From the NCBI GenBank assembly GCA_045606105.1, contig JAZURI010000001.1, forward strand, positions 32,001-96,000: DNA of 64,000 nucleotides, read 5' to 3'. Position 1 is the first letter of the stretch, and every line of letters starts with the position of its first letter. The notes under the pieces are model-generated. The model worked only from the letters and a program-made list of their open reading frames with translations. It was not told where the DNA came from and did not search any database. Below are positions 56,063 to 64,000 of the stretch, piece by piece. The stretch is from Spirochaetia bacterium (GTDB taxonomy: Bacteria; Spirochaetota; Spirochaetia; CADAEX01). A program made the translations under genes and the position numbers.

Positions 56063-56753
56063 AGAATTTAGCTTAATTGGAGATGATTGCAAGCTGTTCA
56101 CCGGAGCACCGGGAACAGAGAAGAGCGGAGACGGCTCTAAGACTTTCAACGAGCTTGCCGGGGGTGCGGCTGCATCCGGTGACGGAAAAGGCTACTGGCT
56201 GATCACAGCCATCGCTGCAAGCTCAAGCATCTTCCCAGCAGGGGCAAAGGTCGGCATGGTCTTCCCTGCGGCTGGAAGCGAGGTGCCGGCCACCGGAGAC
56301 AAGGCGATGATGCTCACACTGCAGCACATCGCAGATGCGAGCGGCTGGAGCATGGCCGTGTCCAGGGCAGAAGTCGAGGTCACCAAGCTGCATGATGAAT
56401 ACAGACATTACCGCTTCGGAAAGCGCGATGCCCAGATCACCATCAACAGCATCCTGACCCTCGGTGTGACCGACAAGGCCGGCGGCATGGTTGAGAAGAC
56501 CATGACTACCTTCAGAAAGGCAGCTGCCGGAACAACCACAATCACCGAGATTGACAACAAGCCTATCTACTTCCTGGGCTTTGTCCGCCAGACCGCTGTG
56601 GCCGGCGAGACACAGGCATTCGTCTTCGCAAAAGTGGCGCTCTCTGGAATGACACTTGGTGCGCAGATTGGCAGTGCGCAGAGCTACGACACTGCAGCAC
56701 GTCTTCAGAACGACCCTGTGTTCTACACTGAGGAGATTGCTGCAGCATCATGA
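56055..56753 (+). CDS. Major tail (tube) protein
   Basis: AAGGAGG SD, MAEEFS start; WS....R.EVEVT.L.D; position. Confidence 0.65.
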   Translation: MAEEFSLIGDDCKLFTGAPGTEKSGDGSKTFNELAGGAAASGDGKGYWLITAIAASSSIFPAGAKVGMVFPAAGSEVPATGDKAMMLTLQHIADASGWSMAVSRAEVEVTKLHDEYRHYRFGKRDAQITINSILTLGVTDKAGGMVEKTMTTFRKAAAGTTTITEIDNKPIYFLGFVRQTAVAGETQAFVFAKVALSGMTLGAQIGSAQSYDTAARLQNDPVFYTEEIAAAS

Positions 56754-57148
56754 TCATCGAGATAACCAAAGTGAAGACATTTATCCCGGAGTTCCACGGC
56801 AACAAGAAGCTGAGCTCCGGCGACCAGATCAAGGTGACCTACCGCGCAGCCACCATCGACATCAAGGAGCGTCTGTCGGCCCTGTTCGACAAGCGCTCCA
56901 AGTTTGACAAGGACGGCAAGTTCGTGGGCGTCGAGATACTGGAGAAGGACATCACCCCGTCAGTTTTCAACGAGCTTTTAACAGGAATTGAAAACTGCTC
57001 CTACAAGGACTCGAACACCGGCGAGGAGACAGCAATCAAGACCGCGCAGGATCTGCTTGCTGCACCTGTCGAGTTTGACGCCCTTAAGAAGGAGATTGCC
57101 GATGTCCTGCAGAAGGAAGTGTACCGGAAGGTAGAAGAAAAAAACTGA
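56750..57148 (+). CDS. Tail assembly chaperone (G-like)
   Basis: Ends EEKN at slippery A AAA AAC. Confidence 0.7.
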   Translation: MIIEITKVKTFIPEFHGNKKLSSGDQIKVTYRAATIDIKERLSALFDKRSKFDKDGKFVGVEILEKDITPSVFNELLTGIENCSYKDSNTGEETAIKTAQDLLAAPVEFDALKKEIADVLQKEVYRKVEEKN

Positions 57149-57483
57149 GAATCGGGCTCCGGGTTTACCTGTCCGGTAAACACGAGGCCCGGATGATGAA
57201 AGGCAGGGAGAACCTGCTGTGGCCGACCGGGGTGAAGGACGAGAATGGCAAGATGATTGCCATCCCAACGTCGGCGGCCAAAGATTATGTGAACGAGGAT
57301 TTCAGGACTGCGTACAGGATGTACCTGACCACCGAGACCCTCGGATGCCTCCCCTTCGGGGGCGGCTGGGCGGAGCAGCCCGATTGGGTTGTAACCGCGC
57401 TCACAGCTTTCAAGACCGAGATGGCCCTGTGGCGCGAGGAAGAGAGCGTTAGAAAAGAGAGATACCGGAAGATGAGGCGGTAA
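57145..57483 (+). CDS. Tail chaperone -1 frameshift extension (T-like)
   Basis: -1 frame open from the slip site through ORF 57193-57483; LP..GGW.EQP.W motif. Confidence 0.7.
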   Translation: MRIGLRVYLSGKHEARMMKGRENLLWPTGVKDENGKMIAIPTSAAKDYVNEDFRTAYRMYLTTETLGCLPFGGGWAEQPDWVVTALTAFKTEMALWREEESVRKERYRKMRR

Positions 57484-60134
57484 TGGCAGACAAGACACTA
57501 CAGCTTATAATACAGATGCAGGCCCAGGATGCCATAAGGCAGCTGTCCACGATGTCCGACGAGATCAAGACTCTCTCTGACGCCCTGGGCGACAACTCGG
57601 GCGTCTCAAAGGAGCTCGAGGGAACATTCTCCGCCCTGGAGGACGGTGCAAGCCGGCTCCGGGCAGAGCTCCAGCTTTTCGGACGCGCCGATGAGGGTGT
57701 GGCCCGCCAGCAGCAGCTGACACGGGAGGCCATGATTGACTTGGTGTCCAAGGGCGTGGACCCCCAGAGCGAGGCAGTCCAAAAACTTAAAGCACAGTAT
57801 GATCAGCTGGGCACCTCCACGAAGAAGACCGAGGGCTTCATGTCAAGCATGGCCGGACAGTTCATGACTGGCCAGTTTGCCTATACGATGGCTATAAAAG
57901 CCCTCAAAGGCTTCATCAGCCTGGTCAAGGAGTCAGCTGAACTTTACCGGCAGCAGGAGAAAGTGGAGAAAGAGCTTTCCGCTGCCGTGTCAATGAACCC
58001 GATGTACCAGCCCGGCACAGCTGCGCGGCTCAAGGCGTTCGCCGGAGCGCTGCAGGATGTGACTGTCCACGGCGACGAGACCACCATGTCCCTGATGAAG
58101 ACTCTGGTGGCAACAGGGCGTACAGAAGAAGAAGTAAAGAAGATAATCCAGACCGCCGCGAACTTGGACGCTGCCGGCATAATGAGCTATGACTCAGCTG
58201 TTCAGGCGCTGAACATGAGCTACTCCGGCATGACCCTTACCCTGGGCCGGCAGTTCAGCGAGCTCAAGAAGCTGAGCAAGGAGGAGCTGGAGGCTGGAAA
58301 GGCTGTCGACATTCTCGCCGAGAAGGTCAAGGGGTACTCCGAGATGGCAGCCTCAACCGGCGAGGGTTCCATCAAGCAGCTCAAGAATGCCATGGGCGAC
58401 CTCAAGGAGGAGATCGGCTACGGATGGGAAGCTGTATGGGCACCGCACCGGAACGAGTTAACCAAGACTATCAAAAAGTGGACCGACCTTCTGAAGGAGG
58501 CCCGCGAATATACCAAATATAAGAAGCTCAATATCTCCGAGGAGACTCAGACTCTTGAGTCCCTGCAGGGGCAGCGCAACCAGGAGCTTGTGATACTGCA
58601 GCGCTACCGCGATGCTTATGGCAACGGCAACGACCCGGTCGGCAAGCAGCTCATTGCGGACCAGGAGAAGAAGATTTCCGAGCTCAATGCCCTGGTCAAT
58701 AAAGTCCTTTATGCGGAGGACTACGAGTACCAGACAAGGCTGGCAGAGCAGGCTGCAGCAGACAGGGCGCAGACCGAAGCCGACCAGGCTGCGAAGGAAG
58801 CCAAGCAGGCCGAGGATCTGGCAAAGAAGGCCGAGGAAGAGCACCAGGAATGGATTGAGTCAACTTATTCCAGGACAGCCCAGGGACAGCTTGAGGCCAA
58901 GGAGGCCGAGTTCCGGCGTGCCCTTGAGGATCTCGACAAGGCTGCCCCCGGCACCGAGGCTTACAAGAAGGCCATGGCCAACAAGAACCTGCTGGCCGAA
59001 GAGCTCATGGAGCTGCGCGAGATGGGCGGCTCTGCCCTGCAGACTGTGGACACAGTCTCCGGCTATACCTTCGAGCAGATAAACGAGCAGATCCAGAAAG
59101 AACGGGACCAGATCAAGAAGGATCAGGAAGACTATGACAACTGGTTCGCCGAATTATATTCAAGAACAGCACGGGGGCGGCTGGAGGCCAAGGAAGCCGA
59201 GTTCCAGAAAGTGCTGACCGCCCTGGATGCCACCGAGTTTGGCACCGAGGAATACAACCGGTGGCTGGCCATCAAGAACATGATGGCAGAAGACATAATG
59301 GAGCTGCGCGAGAAGGTCGGAGCCGACGCCGGCCCGACTTATGCGCGCACATACAAGCAGGTTATGGATGAAATGACAAGCTACAGCGAGGTATTCAACC
59401 AGATGCTGTACGAGAGCCTGCGCAATATCACCGACATGAGCGAGGAGACCGCTGCTGTGGTCACCAACATGCTCGGCAACATTGCAGACGAAGGATTCAA
59501 CCGGGTCATCGAGGCTTCCAAGGCATTCGGTGCTGCAATGGAGGACGGCAAACTGTCGGCCTCCGAGTTCCAGGAGATTCTGGCAAGACAGGCCGAGGCA
59601 ATTCTGGACATGCTGCCTACCCTGTTCCTTCAGGCCGGTCTCCAGCTCATAGCCAACGGCCAGTGGCCGCTTGGTCTCGGGTTCATGGCAGCGGCCGGGT
59701 CGACGGCCATAATATCCGGCTATGTTTCTTCCAGACGGGGCGAGACAAGATCCGCACGCGGCAATGTGTTCGAGGACGGCCAGCTTGTACGGTTCGCACG
59801 TGGCGGGGTGGCTACTACTCCGCAACATTTCATGCTTGGCGACGGCAGGACTGCAGAATGGGCAGAAGCCGGCCCCGAGGCGATCATGCCTCTGAAGCGG
59901 CTTTCAGACGGCACCTTGGGTGTCCATGCTGAAGGCGGCAGCGAGACTAAAGTTAATATCGTGATCAACAACCTCACCGGCGAAGTGGTAGAGACCAAGG
60001 AGACCACCGGTGCAGACGGCAGCCGTGAGCTTGAGATTACCATAGGAAAGTTCCTGAAGCAGGCCGCTTCCGACGGCACTCTGGACAGCCCTCTAAGCAG
60101 CCGTTACGGCATCAGACCTAAAGGAGTGAGATGA
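57483..60134 (+). CDS. Tape measure protein
   Basis: 883 aa helical; C-terminal ARGNVF, FARGG, EAGPEAIMPL. Confidence 0.9.
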   Translation: MADKTLQLIIQMQAQDAIRQLSTMSDEIKTLSDALGDNSGVSKELEGTFSALEDGASRLRAELQLFGRADEGVARQQQLTREAMIDLVSKGVDPQSEAVQKLKAQYDQLGTSTKKTEGFMSSMAGQFMTGQFAYTMAIKALKGFISLVKESAELYRQQEKVEKELSAAVSMNPMYQPGTAARLKAFAGALQDVTVHGDETTMSLMKTLVATGRTEEEVKKIIQTAANLDAAGIMSYDSAVQALNMSYSGMTLTLGRQFSELKKLSKEELEAGKAVDILAEKVKGYSEMAASTGEGSIKQLKNAMGDLKEEIGYGWEAVWAPHRNELTKTIKKWTDLLKEAREYTKYKKLNISEETQTLESLQGQRNQELVILQRYRDAYGNGNDPVGKQLIADQEKKISELNALVNKVLYAEDYEYQTRLAEQAAADRAQTEADQAAKEAKQAEDLAKKAEEEHQEWIESTYSRTAQGQLEAKEAEFRRALEDLDKAAPGTEAYKKAMANKNLLAEELMELREMGGSALQTVDTVSGYTFEQINEQIQKERDQIKKDQEDYDNWFAELYSRTARGRLEAKEAEFQKVLTALDATEFGTEEYNRWLAIKNMMAEDIMELREKVGADAGPTYARTYKQVMDEMTSYSEVFNQMLYESLRNITDMSEETAAVVTNMLGNIADEGFNRVIEASKAFGAAMEDGKLSASEFQEILARQAEAILDMLPTLFLQAGLQLIANGQWPLGLGFMAAAGSTAIISGYVSSRRGETRSARGNVFEDGQLVRFARGGVATTPQHFMLGDGRTAEWAEAGPEAIMPLKRLSDGTLGVHAEGGSETKVNIVINNLTGEVVETKETTGADGSRELEITIGKFLKQAASDGTLDSPLSSRYGIRPKGVR

Positions 60135-60484
60135 TGGCAGACATATATTACCCTTCCAACCTGCCGGAGATTATAGCTCCGGGATATAACTCAAAGGATC
60201 AGGACGGCGTGATCCGCACTGATATGGATGCCGGCCCGCAGAAAACCAGGCTGCGCTACACCGCATGCAGCGAATACATAAACTGCCAGGTTGTCTGTGA
60301 CGACACAGAGCTGGCCAACTTCATGACATTCTACCGCACCACTACAGCACGCGGCGCGCTGCGCTTTGTGATGAAGCACCCTGTGACCGGCGTGAACAGG
60401 TACTTCAGGCTCATGGAGCCACCAGACCCCGCAGAGACCGGCGGGCTCTGGACGATAAGCCTTAAGCTGGAGGCACTGCCATGA
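60131..60484 (+). CDS. Distal tail protein
   Basis: IRTDMDAGP.K.R.R, F..FY......G...F. Confidence 0.7.
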   Translation: MMADIYYPSNLPEIIAPGYNSKDQDGVIRTDMDAGPQKTRLRYTACSEYINCQVVCDDTELANFMTFYRTTTARGALRFVMKHPVTGVNRYFRLMEPPDPAETGGLWTISLKLEALP

Positions 60485-60948
60485 GCATGTCTTCCAACGC
60501 TGTGGCTGCTGTACTAGCCCAGGAAACATCAGAGGTATTCCTCACTCTGGCCGAGATAACCCACGATACGCTGCAGGAGCCGCTCCGGTTCGTGGACAAT
60601 ACGCAGAACGTGACCCACAACGGCGCGACCTACCAGGCCGTGGCATTCAGGTTCACTCCCCCGACCAGCACCGGGGAAAACGACACACCGGCCAAGCTGG
60701 CAATAGACAATGTGGACCGGGTGATAATGGAGCAGATCATTCCTATAAGCACTCCTCTCAAGATCAGCTTCAAGATTGTCCTGGCATCTTCTCTTAATAC
60801 AGTTGAATGGGAGTCGGGGGAGCTCATACTCCGGGATGTCTCGGCCAACGTGCAGCAGATTTCAGGCTCTCTTTATGACGTATATATCGCAGACCGGGTT
60901 CTTCCTGGCCTATACTTCACACCTTACGATTTCCCGGGGCTTTTCTGA
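60481..60948 (+). CDS. DUF1833 / gpL-like minor tail protein
   Basis: L.EITH, RFV.N, IDNVDR, FTP..FPGLF. Confidence 0.75.
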   Translation: MSMSSNAVAAVLAQETSEVFLTLAEITHDTLQEPLRFVDNTQNVTHNGATYQAVAFRFTPPTSTGENDTPAKLAIDNVDRVIMEQIIPISTPLKISFKIVLASSLNTVEWESGELILRDVSANVQQISGSLYDVYIADRVLPGLYFTPYDFPGLF

Positions 60949-61361
60949 TGAGAGACACACTTCCTTGCTGGGCCGGTGACTACATAGGGATTCCGTTTGT
61001 ATCTGGCGGCAGAGACCCGGACACAGGGCTTGACTGCTACGGCCTTTTTCGGCTCGTGATGAACGACCGCTACGGGAAGAAGCTCCCGGCACTAGATGCG
61101 GGGTACAAGGATGCCTGCAATCCTTCTGAGACCAACAAGATCTACGCAAAGAACAAGCCGCTCATTGCAGGGAGCAGGATTGCGCAGCCCGTGCCTGGCT
61201 GCGGAGTCGTGCTTAAATACTCGGGGCTTCCCACACATGTGGGAGTCTATGTAGGCGGCGGCTATATACTGCATACAACAGCACAGACCGGCGCGGTGCT
61301 TGAGTCTGTGGACAGCCCGCAGATCCGCTGCAGGATAGAAGGATACTATAATGTCAATTAA
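60948..61361 (+). CDS. NlpC/P60 tail tip assembly protein (gpK-like)
   Basis: YIGIPF, GLDCYG, HVGVY, LH. Confidence 0.85.
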   Translation: MRDTLPCWAGDYIGIPFVSGGRDPDTGLDCYGLFRLVMNDRYGKKLPALDAGYKDACNPSETNKIYAKNKPLIAGSRIAQPVPGCGVVLKYSGLPTHVGVYVGGGYILHTTAQTGAVLESVDSPQIRCRIEGYYNVN

Positions 61362-64000
61362 GATAGTCGCCCAGCTGCATCCGTTCAAGACAGATCTCAC
61401 CATAATCCAAAGAAACGCAGCTCCGCTTGCGGAGCTTTATGCCTCCCTTGGGGTTCCGACTGACATAAAGATTGCCAGGATGATGATTGACGACCGCATC
61501 GCGACAGACTTCTCCGAGGTTCCCAAGGATGGCAGCACTGTATATATAAAGGTTGTGCCGGAAGGAAACAACAAAAACGCAGGAAAAGGTATGGGCTGGG
61601 TCGGTGCCATTATGATCGTGGCGGGCGCCTCCATGGTATGGTTCGGACCAACCAGCGGACTCGGTGTGATGCTGATCGGCTCCGGTATAGGCCTGCTGTC
61701 AGGCGGTGTCGCCCTGTACAACATGCAGATCCCGGGGATCGGGGGCAATTCCGACGACATTGGCATAGAACAGGCACCATCTATCCGTGGTGCCAGGAAC
61801 CAGGCCAATCAGTGGGGGCCGGTGCCTATCCTGCTCGGCAAGCATCTTTTATACCCGAGCATAGCGGCGACACCATACACATCTGTGGCCGGTGACATGG
61901 CCGGAAACCTGGCCGGTGACGCTGTGGACAACAGCCAGTATCTGACAATGCTCTACTGTGCCGGATACAAGAACATGAGCATAGACTACTCCACCGTAAA
62001 GATCGGCGATTCCAAGATAACTGATCTTTCCTATACAAAGAACATCACATCCATCAGGAACGGCAGCGACCCATGGATATGGCTTGAGGTCATCCAGAAC
62101 GGCGCTGCCAGCGCAATCTTCCCCAAGGTCTGCAAGGATACCCAGCTCAACCTCGTGATTGAACATGACCAGCCTGTAGTGCGGACCACTGTGGACAAGA
62201 CCACTAAGATCATCGTTGATCTCAGGCTTCCTTCAGGCCTCGGGAAATATAACAAGAAAGGGAAACTGGAGAGCACCACTCTGCAGTATAAGGTGGAATA
62301 TAAGCCTACCGGGCATCCTGATTCCGAGTACAGTTATATATCAATGACGGACCCTTTCACGCCCGGGCCTACGACCATAGGGGATCAGCGGCTGCAGACC
62401 ATACAGTGGCGGTTAGAGAAGACGGTGACATCGGGCCAGTATGAAGTAAGGGTGACCAGAGTTACTGCAGATGCCACTGACACAAGGACCATTGACCAGT
62501 TCCAGTGGGTTTCTCTCAAAAGTGTATTGGATGACAGGCCTGTACGCGCGGAGCGGGCTGCACAGCTCACAATAATTGCGCTCAGAGTCAAGGCAACCAA
62601 TCTAGTCAAGGGATATGTTGACCAGCTCAACTTCGTGGCGCAGAGCGTGCTGCCTGTCTATTCCGGTTCCGGGAGCGGCGCTTCGTCCTGGGCCGGCACC
62701 GCTGCGACATCGAATCCTGCGGCCTGCTTCAAATATGCACTGCAGGGAGCCATCAACACCGTACCTCTGGCAAACAGTCTTATAGACTGGGCAAGCCTTG
62801 AGCCATGGTACCAGTGGTGTGATGTCCACAACTATACATGCAATGCTTATATTGCAGATGAGATCACCCTGCGGCAGCTGCTTTACCAGATAGCCAGCAC
62901 CGCCAGGGCAGAATTTACAAAGGTCAACAACAAGATCGGCGTTGTCCAGGATATAGCAAGAACATCGCATGTCCAGCTGTTCACCCCAAGAAACACATGG
63001 GACTTCGAGGCCACCAAGATGTTCACCGACATACCGGAGGCGCTGGAGATGCAGTTCATCAGCGCACCGGCCGGATATGTTGATGACCAGCGCACTGTCT
63101 ATGATGTCACAGGCGGTTATGGTGATGGCACAGGCGGCACTACCGAGGCCAAGAAGAAGCAGACGGTAAAGCTCTGGGGCGTGACAGATCCGGCCCAGGC
63201 TTACCGTATTGGCAAATACATGTACGCTGTGACCCGCCTCCGCCCATGGATCTACAGCTTCAATGTTGATATAGAATACCTGCTGGCGGGGCGTGGTTCC
63301 CTGGTAAGGCTTGCCCATGATGTGGCTATGCGGGGCCAGGTACAGGGCAGGATTAACGGACGCATCATGGAAGGCTCTGATGTCGCAGGCTTTGTGCTGG
63401 ATGAGCTCGTCACCATGGAGAGCGGCAACTCCTATGTCATCAGGATCAGGAAAAAAGACAACTCGTCAGTCCTGCTGCCTGTAACGACCAGGGCCGGCTC
63501 CTCCAGGGAAGTGTACCTGCAGTCAGCCATCCTGACATCGACAGCTCCTGACACGGAAGATCTCTTTGCCTTCGGTATTTCAGGGCAGGAAACCGACGAT
63601 GTGATTATAACAAAAGTTGAGCCTCTGGATGAGAAGTCGGCCAAAATCACAGCAGTAGATTACAGCCCCGAGATATTCGGCGTTGATGACCCTGCTTATG
63701 TTATTCCCACTTATGATCCAAAGGTTACAGTGGGCGGCATCATGGACAAGGGCACGTCTGATTTTAATCCCTCCCCAGTTTCCGCCACAATCGAGGACCT
63801 TAACAATGTCCTTAACTTGCTGTATGATGGCGTGCCGGAATATATGCCTGCAGATCTGGCCTCTCTGACCGTGACAGCCGTGGAGAACGGGCTGTCCCTG
63901 GAACCTGTGATTGTACAGGAAGGAGCGGTGTCAGGCATCAAATGCCATTACCAGATCAAGCGCGGCAACGCTGACTGGGTGGACATCCCCGCCTACAACA
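61351..64000 (+). CDS. Tail tip / host-specificity protein J (with gpI-like N-terminus), 3'-truncated by window
   Basis: ATG at 61351, frame appears open to the end; GQYEVRVTR, IALRVKAT, SNPA, QLFTPRN. Confidence 0.85.
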   Translation, partial: MSIKIVAQLHPFKTDLTIIQRNAAPLAELYASLGVPTDIKIARMMIDDRIATDFSEVPKDGSTVYIKVVPEGNNKNAGKGMGWVGAIMIVAGASMVWFGPTSGLGVMLIGSGIGLLSGGVALYNMQIPGIGGNSDDIGIEQAPSIRGARNQANQWGPVPILLGKHLLYPSIAATPYTSVAGDMAGNLAGDAVDNSQYLTMLYCAGYKNMSIDYSTVKIGDSKITDLSYTKNITSIRNGSDPWIWLEVIQNGAASAIFPKVCKDTQLNLVIEHDQPVVRTTVDKTTKIIVDLRLPSGLGKYNKKGKLESTTLQYKVEYKPTGHPDSEYSYISMTDPFTPGPTTIGDQRLQTIQWRLEKTVTSGQYEVRVTRVTADATDTRTIDQFQWVSLKSVLDDRPVRAERAAQLTIIALRVKATNLVKGYVDQLNFVAQSVLPVYSGSGSGASSWAGTAATSNPAACFKYALQGAINTVPLANSLIDWASLEPWYQWCDVHNYTCNAYIADEITLRQLLYQIASTARAEFTKVNNKIGVVQDIARTSHVQLFTPRNTWDFEATKMFTDIPEALEMQFISAPAGYVDDQRTVYDVTGGYGDGTGGTTEAKKKQTVKLWGVTDPAQAYRIGKYMYAVTRLRPWIYSFNVDIEYLLAGRGSLVRLAHDVAMRGQVQGRINGRIMEGSDVAGFVLDELVTMESGNSYVIRIRKKDNSSVLLPVTTRAGSSREVYLQSAILTSTAPDTEDLFAFGISGQETDDVIITKVEPLDEKSAKITAVDYSPEIFGVDDPAYVIPTYDPKVTVGGIMDKGTSDFNPSPVSATIEDLNNVLNLLYDGVPEYMPADLASLTVTAVENGLSLEPVIVQEGAVSGIKCHYQIKRGNADWVDIPAYN

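Larger units (their letters stand above)
34450..64000. mobile_element. Mu-like transposable prophage with siphovirus tail; left end approximate, right end outside the window
   Basis: DDE transposase A, B ATPase, Gam, GemA, Mor, gp27/28/29/30, I protease, capsid, tape measure and lambda-like tail tip genes. Confidence 0.93.

Noticed and set aside
61887-61920. GGCCGGTGAC/GGCCGGAAAC short repeats in the tail tip gene as a DGR or CRISPR remnant
   Set aside because: In-frame 12-nt coding repeat (AGDM-AGNL-AGDA); no reverse transcriptase, cas gene or spacer array in the window

Overview
Two halves. 1-~34 kb is the chromosome of a probably flagellated anaerobic spirochaete. It carries rsmI, flgM, a SpoU methylase, fabF, an AT-rich-promoter SAS/SAH/STAS cassette, asparaginase, an M20 peptidase, an ABC-F ATPase, tRNA-Cys, a 2-oxoacid:ferredoxin oxidoreductase operon followed by three XRE-cupin/acyl-CoA synthetase pairs, serS, uppP, xpt with a nucleoside ABC transporter, and an orphan RelB/DinJ antitoxin. 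From ~34.4 kb to beyond the window end lies a Mu-like transposable prophage with a siphovirus tail and a divergent two-arm layout. The left arm runs ner-A-lipase-B-gam-gemA-mor-lysis-terminase-portal-MuF-2 MTases; the right arm runs repressor-moron-head-tail. The most striking part is the end of the left arm. (1) The MuF gene carries a C-terminal PD-(D/E)xK (CdiA_C-like) nuclease, has no canonical start codon over its first 74 open codons, and is reachable from the portal gene through an A9 slip site. (2) It has no immunity ORF; instead a ~75-nt convergent small RNA is predicted, with its own sigma70 promoter and U-tract end. (3) An MTase is switched off by a G9 tract. (4) A four-way-junction RNA precedes a D12-class Dam. 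Both late operons share an identical 17-bp activator box at identical spacing from apparently leaderless starts. Everything was read by eye, with no database searches; homopolymer-based claims need read-level confirmation.
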